Assembly (NCBI RefSeq): GCF_018607965.1
Contig: NZ_JABBAM010000065.1
Location: 16,922-80,921, forward strand
Length of the DNA: 64,000 nucleotides
Reading direction: 5' to 3'
Source of the DNA: Planktotalea sp.
GTDB taxonomy: Bacteria; Pseudomonadota; Alphaproteobacteria; Rhodobacterales; Rhodobacteraceae
In this document: positions 51,065-60,579 of the stretch, one piece after another
Position numbering within the stretch: position 1 is the stretch's first letter
Layout of the letters: every line of letters starts with the position of its first letter
Program-made: the position numbers and the translations under genes
Notes under the pieces: generated by a model
The model's database searches: none
The model's input: the letters and a program-made list of their open reading frames with translations, nothing else
Told to the model about the DNA's origin: nothing

Positions 51065-52066
51065 ATGACTTTGAAAGTTGCAATTAACGGGTTTGGCCGC
51101 ATCGGCCGTAACGTACTGCGTGCGATCATTGAAAGTGGACGCACAGACATCGAAGTCGTCGCGATCAACGATCTTGGCCCTGTGGCAACCAACGCGCATT
51201 TGTTGCAATTCGATTCCGTTCACGGCCGCTTTCCTGCTCCTGTTTCGCACACAGACACATCAATCGATGTCGGCCGTGATCCAATTGCAGTGACAGCAGT
51301 TCGTAACCCTGCTGATCTGCCTTGGAAAGACATCGACATCGTGATGGAATGCACGGGTGTTTTCACGGCTAAAAACAAAGCCAGCATTCACCTTGAAAAC
51401 GGTGCAGGCCGTGTGTTGGTATCGGCCCCTTCTAAAGGCGCGGACCAAACAATTGTTTACGGTGTGAACCACGATGTTCTCAGCGCGAATGATCTGATCG
51501 TTTCTAACGCGTCCTGCACAACCAATTGTCTTGCCCCCGTTGCGAGCGTTCTGAACGAAGCGTTCGGCATCAAGCGCGGGTTCATGACAACCGTACACAG
51601 CTATACAGGCGATCAGCCCACGCTCGATACAATGCACAGTGACCTTTATCGCGCACGTGCAGCCGCTATGAGCATGATTCCAACCTCTACAGGTGCCGCA
51701 AAGGCCGTTGGTCTGGTTCTGCCAGAACTTGCGGGCAAGCTGGACGGTGTCGCAATCCGCGTGCCGACGCCGAACGTATCTGCCGTTGATCTGACTTTTG
51801 AAACCAACCGTGATGTGACTGTCGAAGAGATCAATGCAGCCATCGAAGCCGCTGCAAACGGCCCTCTCAAAGGCGTGTTGGAGTACAACGCCCTCAAACT
51901 GGTCTCCATGGATTTCAACCATGATCCGCACAGTTCAATCTTTGCGGCAGATCAGACCAAAGTCATGGACGGCAACATGTGCCGCATCCTAGCGTGGTAC
52001 GATAATGAGTGGGGTTTCTCTAATCGCATGGCTGACACGGCCGTAGCAATGGGCAAATTCCTGTAA
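51065..52066 (+). CDS. gap: Type I glyceraldehyde-3-phosphate dehydrogenase, paralogue 2
   Basis: AINGFGRIG, INDLG, SCTTNCLAP and WYDNEWG motifs. Confidence 0.96.
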   Translation: MTLKVAINGFGRIGRNVLRAIIESGRTDIEVVAINDLGPVATNAHLLQFDSVHGRFPAPVSHTDTSIDVGRDPIAVTAVRNPADLPWKDIDIVMECTGVFTAKNKASIHLENGAGRVLVSAPSKGADQTIVYGVNHDVLSANDLIVSNASCTTNCLAPVASVLNEAFGIKRGFMTTVHSYTGDQPTLDTMHSDLYRARAAAMSMIPTSTGAAKAVGLVLPELAGKLDGVAIRVPTPNVSAVDLTFETNRDVTVEEINAAIEAAANGPLKGVLEYNALKLVSMDFNHDPHSSIFAADQTKVMDGNMCRILAWYDNEWGFSNRMADTAVAMGKFL

Positions 52067-52078
52067 CGCATTAAAGTT

Positions 52079-52109
52079 AAGGGCATCCTAGAAATAGGGT
52101 GCCCTTTTT
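52079..52109. terminator. Intrinsic terminator after gap-2
   Basis: AAGGGCATCCTA-GAAA-TAGGGTGCCCTTTTT. Confidence 0.85.
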
Positions 52110-52119
52110 CTGTTCCAGC

Positions 52120-52914
52120 TTACCGACGGTAGAGCACAGGAAACCAATCCTCGCGCAGACGCTGACCCGCGATCATATCATGCCCCGGAAATGGCGGCGA
52201 TGTTGGGCCGGGACGTTCCACATAGCGCGCATCATCCCCCAACAATCGTAGCGAAAACGCACGACGGCGCAGGCCGGTTTCATTGCCACGCGCCCCGTGC
52301 AAGATTGAATAGTTAAACGCCACTGCGTCCCCCGGTTCCATGTCATACTCGCGTACGTCCATGCCCTCAGCATCTGGATCAGGCACCATCATATACGCAT
52401 CTTCGTCAGGATAAAAATTCGTCTCCGACAACCAACGCGTTGGCAACACAGGCTTTTCCCAAAGGTGTGATCCCGCGACGCAGCGCAAGGTTGCTTCGGC
52501 CACAGGATCAAGCGGCGACCAAAAGCTAACTGTTTGTTGGCCTTGAACAAAATAATACGGCCCATCCGTGTGCCACGGAGTCGGCTTGGACGTGCCCGGC
52601 TCTTTCACAAGCACATGGTCATGAAACATTTGAACCGTGTCTGACCGCATCAAATCCGCGGCCACTTCGGTTGCTGCACTCGTGCACACGACCTCTTCAA
52701 ATTCAGAAATCCGCGACCAATTGCAATAGTCATCAAAGAAACGTCCACCCTCACCCGCCTTTAGATTTTCCGCCGCATACGGCCCGGGTTCGTCAATGTT
52801 GCGCTGCACGCCTTTGCGCAGCGTTTCCACATGATCTGCAAACAGACCCTTGATCAACATAACGCCGTCGCGTTGGAAGGCGTTAACCTGCGCTTCAGTT
52901 ACCAGTGGATGCAT
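52120..52914 (-). CDS. Phytanoyl-CoA dioxygenase (PhyH) family Fe(II)/2OG oxygenase
   Basis: PWHTDGPY (HxD) and ILHGA facial triad. Confidence 0.88.
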   Translation of the reverse strand: MHPLVTEAQVNAFQRDGVMLIKGLFADHVETLRKGVQRNIDEPGPYAAENLKAGEGGRFFDDYCNWSRISEFEEVVCTSAATEVAADLMRSDTVQMFHDHVLVKEPGTSKPTPWHTDGPYYFVQGQQTVSFWSPLDPVAEATLRCVAGSHLWEKPVLPTRWLSETNFYPDEDAYMMVPDPDAEGMDVREYDMEPGDAVAFNYSILHGARGNETGLRRRAFSLRLLGDDARYVERPGPTSPPFPGHDMIAGQRLREDWFPVLYRR

Positions 52915-52925
52915 CGCCCTATTCC

Positions 52926-53918
52926 TTATCTATTTGCCATGCGCGCTGCAAGTTCGAGCATGCGCATCGAGAAACCCCATTCATTATCGTACCATCCAAA
53001 CACACGTAGCAAGCCGCCGACTGAAACGGATAGCTCAGGTCCGACTAATACCAGCGATTCTGGTCGCATACGTAAATCTGACGACACCAGCGGTTGTTCT
53101 GTCCAACCAATGATCGGCCCCGTTGCGCATTCTTTTAAATGCGTGCGCACAGCGTCAGCCGTCACACTGGCCCGTGTTTGGACCGTTAAATCAATCGCAG
53201 AGACACTCACGGTCGGCACTCTAATTGCGCGCGCTTCAATACGACCCGCTAGATGCGGAAGAACCTCATCCGTCAACCTCTGCGCGCTCGTGGTCGTTGG
53301 CACCATCGACAGCCCCGCCGCGCGGCTACGCGCAAAATCGGCACCCGGCTTATCCACTGTCGGCTGACTGCCCGTGTAGCAATGCACCGTGGTCATATGA
53401 CCGCTTTCCACGCCGTACGCTTTATCCAAAACCCGCAAAAGCGGCGCAAGCGCGTTGGTGGTGCAAGACGCATTCGAAACGATCCGCGCATCGCCAAGCT
53501 CTTGATCATTCGCACCCAGCACAATGGTTTTGTCTGCCGTGGTAGAGGGTCCTGAAATAAGAACGGCCGTCGCGCCGGCCTCGATTCCCCGCGTTGCGAT
53601 CGCACGGTTCCCAGCCAATCCTGTGCATTCCAGAACCACATCAACACCAGATAAATCAAGCGTGCTCAGATCATCCGTGTGATAGAATGGAATTGCCTCG
53701 CCATCCAAAATCAGCGCGCCATTTTCATAGCGAACGTCACCCTGATAGCGCCCAAAAACGCTATCATATTCAAACAGATAGGACGCTGTATACAGCGGTT
53801 GAATATCATTGATAAGAACCAACTCGAATGGCAGATCCGTCCCGCGTAAAATGCGCAGGATCGAACGTCCAATTCGGCCAAACCCGTTCAGGGCAATACG
53901 TGTCTTTTGCTGTCTCAT
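52926..53918 (-). CDS. Divergent GAPDH-family dehydrogenase, paralogue 3
   Basis: ALNGFGRIG, SCTTNALAP, TVHCYT and WYDNEWG motifs. Confidence 0.88.
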   Translation of the reverse strand: MRQQKTRIALNGFGRIGRSILRILRGTDLPFELVLINDIQPLYTASYLFEYDSVFGRYQGDVRYENGALILDGEAIPFYHTDDLSTLDLSGVDVVLECTGLAGNRAIATRGIEAGATAVLISGPSTTADKTIVLGANDQELGDARIVSNASCTTNALAPLLRVLDKAYGVESGHMTTVHCYTGSQPTVDKPGADFARSRAAGLSMVPTTTSAQRLTDEVLPHLAGRIEARAIRVPTVSVSAIDLTVQTRASVTADAVRTHLKECATGPIIGWTEQPLVSSDLRMRPESLVLVGPELSVSVGGLLRVFGWYDNEWGFSMRMLELAARMANR

Positions 53919-54097
53919 GGCCCAAGTTCTGACCCAAAGTGCATCCCAATCCAAGCGCACAATTGTACCAAGAAATGGGCTGGCCATTTGCCCAATCCAT
54001 GGGCATCGTCGCAAACAAACATTCCATGTCGCAGCCAAGCAGGCATCCCACGCCCCGCTGCTGTGTTTTGGAGACAGAGAATAAACAGGACGAAGCG

Positions 54098-55258
54098 ATG
54101 CAGTTTGGATTAAGCGAAGAACAGAATATGATTGTTGATACGGTCAGCAGCTTTGTTGAAAAAGAAATTTACCCGTTTGAAACTGAGGTTGAGCGCTCAG
54201 GCCACGTGCCCTTAGAACTTGGTAATGAGATCAAGCAAAAGGTCATTGATCTGGGCTTTTACGCCTGCAATTTTCCTGAAGACGTCGGCTGCGCGGGTCT
54301 GTCTCATCTGGATTTCACCCTTGTTGAGCGCGAATTGGGTCGTGGATCTATGGCCCTGACCCATTTCTTTGGTCGTCCCCAGAATATTCTGATGGCCTGC
54401 GAGGGCGAGCAGCGTGAACGCTACCTTATGCCAGCTGTGCGCGGCGAAAAGATGGACGCACTTGCGATGACAGAACCCGAGGCGGGTTCCGACGTGCGTG
54501 GCATGAAATGTAACGCAGTGCGTGATGGCGGTGATTGGGTTGTAAATGGTTCCAAACACTTCATCTCTGGTGGTGAGCACGCTGATTTCTTTATTGTTTT
54601 TGTCGCAACGGGCGAAGATCAAACTCCGAAAGGTCCGAAGAAACGGATTACAGCCTTATTGGTGGATCGTGGCACGCCAGGATTTGATGCGCGTGAAGGA
54701 TATCGGTCTGTGTCCCACCGTGGCTACAAAAACTATGTTCTTGATTTCACCGATTGCCGCCTGCCCGATGCACAGGTCCTAGGCGAAGTTGACGGCGGTT
54801 TTGCGGTCATGAACGAATGGCTTTACGCGACACGTCTGACTGTCGCGGCCTTTAGCGTAGGCCGTGCACGACGCTGCTTTGACTACGCTTTGAATTATTC
54901 GGCTGAGCGAAAGCAATTTGGTCAGCAAATTGGTAAATTCCAAGGCGTGAGTTTTCAGATCGCCGATATGATCACAGAAATTGACGCAGCAGACTGGCTG
55001 ACGCTATCTGGCGCGTGGAGGTTGGATCAGGGACTGCCTGCAAACCGTGAAATCGCAAGTGCCAAACTCTATGCTACCGAAATGCTGGCGCGCGTGACCG
55101 ATACGACGCTGCAAATTCACGGTGGCATGGGCCTGATGGATGACTACCCGATTGAACGCTTCTGGCGCGATGCACGGGTTGAACGCATTTGGGACGGCAC
55201 CAGTGAAATCCAACGCCACATCATCAGTCGCGACCTTTTGCGCCCGCTTGGTGCCTAA
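54098..55258 (+). CDS. Acyl-CoA dehydrogenase
   Basis: AMTEPEAGSD, NGSKHFIS and RIWDGTSEIQR motifs. Confidence 0.92.
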   Translation: MQFGLSEEQNMIVDTVSSFVEKEIYPFETEVERSGHVPLELGNEIKQKVIDLGFYACNFPEDVGCAGLSHLDFTLVERELGRGSMALTHFFGRPQNILMACEGEQRERYLMPAVRGEKMDALAMTEPEAGSDVRGMKCNAVRDGGDWVVNGSKHFISGGEHADFFIVFVATGEDQTPKGPKKRITALLVDRGTPGFDAREGYRSVSHRGYKNYVLDFTDCRLPDAQVLGEVDGGFAVMNEWLYATRLTVAAFSVGRARRCFDYALNYSAERKQFGQQIGKFQGVSFQIADMITEIDAADWLTLSGAWRLDQGLPANREIASAKLYATEMLARVTDTTLQIHGGMGLMDDYPIERFWRDARVERIWDGTSEIQRHIISRDLLRPLGA

Positions 55259-55261
55259 GGC

Positions 55262-57304
55262 ATGACGGCCTCCAATTCAGGTTTGGCGCGGTTATTGCGG
55301 CCACAGTCTATCGCCATAGTCGGCGGTGGTGCATGGTGTCACAACGTCATCAAGACGTGTGAAAGCATCGGTTTCGAGGGGGATATCTGGCCTGTCCATC
55401 CAACCAAAGCTGAGGTCGCAGGTCGACCGGCTTTTCCAAGCATCGATGCGCTTCCAAAAGCACCTGATGCAAGTTTCCTGGGTGTGAACAGATACACGAC
55501 GATAGAGTGTCTGTCCGCCTTGTCCAAACGTGGTGCAGGAGGTGCTGTTTGTTTCGCGTCAGGCTTTGCTGAGGCGACGGCAGAGCTGTCAGACGGGGCT
55601 GATCTACAAGCACAGTTGTTGAACGCGGCGGGCAGCATGACCGTGCTTGGCCCCAATTGTTACGGCCTGTTAAACTATCTGGATGGTGTCGCACTTTGGC
55701 CTGACCAACATGGTGGAGAGCGGGTCGAAAGTGGTGTCGTAATCATCACGCAAAGTTCGAATATCGCGATCAATCTAACCATGCAAAACCGTGCTTTGCC
55801 GATTGCCTATATGGTCACCCCAGGCAATCAAGCACAAACTGATATTGCAGAAATCGGGATGGAACTCTTGCTGGACCCACGCGTTACAGCGCTTGGACTT
55901 CACATCGAGGGTATCAGCGATATCAGATCCTTAGAGCGCCTTTCTAAACTTGCACATCAACTTGGAAAACCCATCTGCGCTTTGAAGATTGGCACATCAG
56001 AGCAAGCGCAATTGGCCTCTGTCTCTCACACAGCATCCCTCGCTGGTAGCCACACAGGTGCGCGCGCTTTGTTGAAGCGATTGGGAATTGCACAACCACA
56101 AGACCTTGGCACATTTCTAGAGCTTTTGAAAATCTGGCACGTTGCTGGACCGCTCAAATCAAGCCAAATCGCATCGGCATCCTGTTCAGGTGGTGAGGCC
56201 AGTTTGATGGCCGACCTCGGTCAATCCGAAGGCGTATCATACCCCCCTCTAAACCAGCGCCAAACTACTGCGTTGCGCGCCACACTTGGCCCCAAGGTCG
56301 CGCTGGCCAATCCGCTGGATTACCACACCTACATTTGGGCCGACCAAACGGCCATGCGCGCTACGTTTAGCGCATTGTTTGGTGCAGAACTTGGTATGGG
56401 CATCGTTGTGCTAGATTTCCCTCGTCCCGACCGTTGTACCTTGGCAGACTGGGACATTGCGTTGAAAGCCATCATTCAAACGGCCAAAGACAGCTCTGTT
56501 CCTGTGGCCGTTCTGGCGTCCCTTCCCGATACATTGCCAGAAGACATCGCGAGAACACTGCTGAACGAGGGCGTTATCCCTCTCACAGGCATGGACCATG
56601 CGTTGCGCGCGATTGCACTTGCGCAGGCACAGGCCTTTGACGCATCTCCAGTTTTAGAACCCGCGCCCCCGACAAACACGCGTGTTTTCTCCGAAGATGA
56701 AGCGAAAGCAAGCCTTGCAAATTTCGGACTGAAAGTGCCACGTTCTTGCGTTGTCACCACGCCCCAAAACATGGAGCAAGCCGCACAAAGCCTGTCGGCC
56801 CCTTGGGTCCTGAAAGGTACCGGCCTTGCACACAAATCAGAGGCCGGCGCTGTAAAGGTGGGGTTGAACACCCCCGACGCCCTCCAGACAGCTGCACGTC
56901 ACATGAACTGCACCACCTATTTGGTAGAAGAAATGGTGCAAGGCGCTATCATCGAATTGCTTGTGGCGGTCACTCTCGATCCGGCTCATGGCTATGTTTT
57001 GACGCTTGGCGCGGGCGGAACACAGACTGAATTACTGAATGACACGGCCTCCCTCCTGCTGCCCGTATACAAAACCGACGTGGCAGACGCACTTGGTACA
57101 CTTCGGTGCGCGCCGGTTCTGGATGGATATCGAGGCAGCCCTGCCATTGATCGCACAGCCCTTTGGCGCGCGATTGATGCCGTGCAGACCTACGTCATTG
57201 CGCATCACGGACAAATACAAGAAGTTGAGATCAACCCAATGATGTGCACTCCAAACAGTGCGATCGCCGTAGATGCACTCATTGTGCAAGGAGACATGCC
57301 ATGA
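55262..57304 (+). CDS. NDP-forming acyl-CoA synthetase (acetate-CoA ligase family, fused alpha/beta)
   Basis: LRPQSIAIVG, LGPNCYG, SHTASLAG (phospho-His), AHKSEAG and EVEINP motifs. Confidence 0.9.
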   Translation: MTASNSGLARLLRPQSIAIVGGGAWCHNVIKTCESIGFEGDIWPVHPTKAEVAGRPAFPSIDALPKAPDASFLGVNRYTTIECLSALSKRGAGGAVCFASGFAEATAELSDGADLQAQLLNAAGSMTVLGPNCYGLLNYLDGVALWPDQHGGERVESGVVIITQSSNIAINLTMQNRALPIAYMVTPGNQAQTDIAEIGMELLLDPRVTALGLHIEGISDIRSLERLSKLAHQLGKPICALKIGTSEQAQLASVSHTASLAGSHTGARALLKRLGIAQPQDLGTFLELLKIWHVAGPLKSSQIASASCSGGEASLMADLGQSEGVSYPPLNQRQTTALRATLGPKVALANPLDYHTYIWADQTAMRATFSALFGAELGMGIVVLDFPRPDRCTLADWDIALKAIIQTAKDSSVPVAVLASLPDTLPEDIARTLLNEGVIPLTGMDHALRAIALAQAQAFDASPVLEPAPPTNTRVFSEDEAKASLANFGLKVPRSCVVTTPQNMEQAAQSLSAPWVLKGTGLAHKSEAGAVKVGLNTPDALQTAARHMNCTTYLVEEMVQGAIIELLVAVTLDPAHGYVLTLGAGGTQTELLNDTASLLLPVYKTDVADALGTLRCAPVLDGYRGSPAIDRTALWRAIDAVQTYVIAHHGQIQEVEINPMMCTPNSAIAVDALIVQGDMP

Positions 57305-58086
57305 CAAACGAGCCAATCAAAACACATATCGAGGGCCATGTGCTTGAGGTCACGCTCGACCGTCCAAAGGCGAATGCGATTGATCTCGCGACAAGCCGTA
57401 TTATGGGACAAGTTTTCAAAGACTTTCGCGATGACCCAAACCTTCGCGTTGCGATCATAACGGGGGCTGGTGACAAGTTCTTTTGTCCCGGTTGGGATCT
57501 AAAAGCTGCGGCTGATGGAGACGCGGTTGATGGAGACTACGGCGTTGGGGGCTTTGGCGGTTTGCAAGAGTTGCCCCACATGAACAAACCCTTAATCGCT
57601 GCAGTCAATGGGATTTGCTGCGGTGGTGGGTTAGAGCTGGCCCTAAGCGCGGACATGATCCTTGCAGCAGATCATGCCAGTTTTGCATTGCCTGAAATCC
57701 GTTCCGGCACTGTTGCGGATGCCGCAAGCATTAAGTTACCAAAGCGTATTCCATATCACATTGCGATGGATATGCTGCTAACGGGGCGTTGGCTGGATGC
57801 GGATGAAGCCGCCCGCTGGGGCATGATCAACTACGTATACCCTGCTCAGGATTTGATGAACCAAGCGCGCAAACTGGCGCAGTTGTTGGCCTCTGGCCCC
57901 CCTCTTGTTTACGCAGCCATCAAAGAGGTCGTGCGCGAAGCCGAGGACATGAAGTTCCAAGACGCCCTGAACAAAGTGACCAAGAGCCAGTTCAAAACGG
58001 TCGAGGCGCTTTATACGTCTCAGGATCAACATGAAGGGGCCCGCGCCTTTGCAGAAAAGCGCGATCCCGTTTGGAAAGGTCGCTAA
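57301..58086 (+). CDS. Carnitinyl-CoA dehydratase-like enoyl-CoA hydratase
   Basis: LDRPKANAID, FCPGWDLKA, GGGLELAL and LPEIRSG motifs. Confidence 0.88.
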   Translation: MTNEPIKTHIEGHVLEVTLDRPKANAIDLATSRIMGQVFKDFRDDPNLRVAIITGAGDKFFCPGWDLKAAADGDAVDGDYGVGGFGGLQELPHMNKPLIAAVNGICCGGGLELALSADMILAADHASFALPEIRSGTVADAASIKLPKRIPYHIAMDMLLTGRWLDADEAARWGMINYVYPAQDLMNQARKLAQLLASGPPLVYAAIKEVVREAEDMKFQDALNKVTKSQFKTVEALYTSQDQHEGARAFAEKRDPVWKGR

Positions 58087-58469
58087 CTTAGCGAAACACT
58101 TTGCTGGGACAGGCCCACGTTCAAAGTCAGGTTGCCCTCATTAATCATCCATTTGCGCAGCGTAAAACTGCGCGCACCTGAGGCATGCATCGGGTCGTCC
58201 TCTGCAATCGCACGGGCCGCTTCAAAGGACGCGGCACGATAGATGATCAGGCCCATACCTTGCATTTGTGTGCCCGATTCATCCGACATTGGTCCCGCAA
58301 AAACGAGGGTTCCAGCCGCTTCCATCTTGGATTGGTAGGCCAAGTGATCCGGCAAATTGGCTTTCAACTCATCTGGCGTTTTCGCTGGAACAGATTACAC
58401 AACGTATAGTTCAAATGCAAGTGAACCGCGCGCTTTCGCCTCGGCTTTGTAGGTATCCCATGCTGGCAT
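58083..58469 (-). pseudogene. YciI family protein with an in-frame TAA at codon 25
   Basis: AGGAG-ATG at 58469 gives MPAWDTYKAEAKARGSLAFELYVV*SVPAK..LPDHLAYQ..FAGP..DDPMH; stop at 58397-58395. Confidence 0.8.
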
Positions 58470-58565
58470 TGTGTTCTCCTGAAGTGCGTTCGTAAAAATA
58501 TCGATTTTATTTGACTTGGATTTTAAATATCGTCAAACTTTCGCAAGATCAACTCGGAGAGTCTC

Positions 58566-59441
58566 ATGCGTTTAATTGTCGGTCAAGTCGCCAGAACACA
58601 GTCTGTTTATCTTGCAAAGGGCAATACCGCGTACAATTTGACGGCTGCACTGCCAGACGTCGGGCAAGACCTTGCCGAGTTGGCAGCGGATGTGGATCTA
58701 ATGGCGCGCGCTGCAAACCTTAGTGATCTGGGCGCTGCGATCAATGTGTCTGACATCACGCCCGCGCTTCCGATTGAAAAGCCCGGAACAATTATCTGCC
58801 TCGGTCTGAACTACATCGAGCACATCAAAGAGGGTGGCTACGACATCCCCGACTATCCCGCATTGTTCATGCGCGGCCGCAATTCTGTGATGGCGGCTGG
58901 TGCGCCTTTGGTGCGTCCTACGTGTTCGCATGATCTGGATTATGAAGCCGAGCTGATGATCATCATTGGCAAAGGGGGGCGCCATATCGCACAAGCCGAT
59001 GCACATGATCACATCTTTGGCTACACCGTATTCAATGATGGATCTGTGCGCGACTACCAGCGCAAGACCCATCAATGGACGCCCGGCAAGAACTTCGACA
59101 ACACGGGCGCGATTGGCCCTTTTGTTGTCACGCCCGATGAAGTGCCTGAAGGCGCAAAGGGGCTAAAGATCGAAAGCCGCGTTGGAACCGAAATCCTACA
59201 AAGCTCAAATACGCAAAACATGATCTGGTCCGCTGCACATGCGATTGCGATTATTTCTGAATACACCACGCTAGAGGCAGGCGACCACATCGCATTGGGG
59301 ACGCCCCCAGGTGTCGGGCATGCCACAAAACCGAACCCGCGTTGGTTGGTTCCTGGTGAAGTCGTCGACATTGAAATCGAAGGCATCGGCATTTGTTCGA
59401 ACCCAATCGTCGACGAAGCAGACATGAAAGCCAAGTCATGA
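58566..59441 (+). CDS. Fumarylacetoacetate hydrolase family protein
   Basis: ICLGLNY, LDYEAEL, NDGSVRD, GKNFD and LGTPPGVG motifs. Confidence 0.92.
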   Translation: MRLIVGQVARTQSVYLAKGNTAYNLTAALPDVGQDLAELAADVDLMARAANLSDLGAAINVSDITPALPIEKPGTIICLGLNYIEHIKEGGYDIPDYPALFMRGRNSVMAAGAPLVRPTCSHDLDYEAELMIIIGKGGRHIAQADAHDHIFGYTVFNDGSVRDYQRKTHQWTPGKNFDNTGAIGPFVVTPDEVPEGAKGLKIESRVGTEILQSSNTQNMIWSAAHAIAIISEYTTLEAGDHIALGTPPGVGHATKPNPRWLVPGEVVDIEIEGIGICSNPIVDEADMKAKS

Positions 59442-60082
59442 GCGATGAGCTACGCGCCCAAGCGCAAGACGCTGTGCGTTCCCTACGGGAACGTCAAGGT
59501 CAGCTAGATGACGCGTCGCTTGATCTGATCCTGCGCGACGCACGTTCGCATTATGCGTGGACCGACGAACCAGTCTCTGACGCACAACTGCGCACGCTGT
59601 ATGATATCACGATCAACGGTCCTACCAGCATGAACACATGCCCTGCGCGGTTCGTGTTTGTGCGCTCGGCTGAGGGCAAGGAACGTTTGGCCAAGTCGAT
59701 GAAGCCATTGAACATCCCCAAAATGATGGGTGCGCCTGTGACGGCAATCATCGCGTGGGATCCCGACTATTGGAAGCGTTTGGATTTCTTGTTCCCCCAT
59801 GACAATCGCAAGCCCATGTTTGAGGGCAAAGAAGACTATGCCAACGACACCGCCTACCGCAACTCTACCTTGCAAGGTGGCTATCTCATGATTGCGGCCC
59901 GCGCGATGGGTTTGGACGTTGGCGCGATGTCGGGTTTTTCCAACGCGGTTGTTGACGAAGAATTCTTTTCCGAAAACGGTTGGAAATCGAATTTTCTGTG
60001 TAACATTGGACACGCGGATGAATCTGCGCTGTTCCAAAAATTACCCCGCTTCGGGTTTGATGAAATTTGCAAAATAATGTGA
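59438..60082 (+). CDS. RutE-like (malonic semialdehyde reductase family) nitroreductase
   Basis: GPTSMNTCPARFVF, RNSTLQGGY and GAMSGF motifs. Confidence 0.85.
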   Translation: MSDELRAQAQDAVRSLRERQGQLDDASLDLILRDARSHYAWTDEPVSDAQLRTLYDITINGPTSMNTCPARFVFVRSAEGKERLAKSMKPLNIPKMMGAPVTAIIAWDPDYWKRLDFLFPHDNRKPMFEGKEDYANDTAYRNSTLQGGYLMIAARAMGLDVGAMSGFSNAVVDEEFFSENGWKSNFLCNIGHADESALFQKLPRFGFDEICKIM

Positions 60083-60089
60083 GGCGACC

Positions 60090-60545
60090 ATGGCAATACG
60101 ACAAAAATCGATAATGACAATCAAGCTGACGGGTAAAGGCACAAGCCATGCGCGCAGTGAAACGATGGTGCGTGATCTGGTGGACGTCATTGACGAACCA
60201 ATAGAGCGCGGTGGCACCAATGATGGTGTCGCGCCAACCGAAGCTGCATTTGCGGCGTTGATCGGATGTACCAACGTGATCGGTAGCAAATGTGCCAACA
60301 AGCTGGGCGCTGATCTTGGCCACATGGCGTTCACGATGGAAGTCGATTTCGACCGACGCGGTGTTTTGTTGATGGAAGAGGTCGAAGTGCCGTTCAAAGC
60401 GATCCGCTTGCACGTGGTCGCAGACGGCACGCTGAGCCAAGAAGAATTGGACACCGTAGGTGTAGAGACGGCCAAGTTCTGTCCGCTCGCGAAACTATAT
60501 GAGAATTCAGGCACGGATTTAACCGTGACATGGCAGAAAGCCTGA
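60090..60545 (+). CDS. OsmC family protein
   Basis: IDEPIERGGTNDG, LIGCT and FCPL two-Cys pattern. Confidence 0.85.
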   Translation: MAIRQKSIMTIKLTGKGTSHARSETMVRDLVDVIDEPIERGGTNDGVAPTEAAFAALIGCTNVIGSKCANKLGADLGHMAFTMEVDFDRRGVLLMEEVEVPFKAIRLHVVADGTLSQEELDTVGVETAKFCPLAKLYENSGTDLTVTWQKA

Positions 60546-60579
60546 TTGGCGTAAAAATAGACTATCTGGGAGGATAAAT

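Noticed and set aside
58495-58535. Repeated AAATATCG in the YciI/FAH divergent promoter
   Set aside because: A plausible operator, but too short and degenerate, and no regulator gene is in view.
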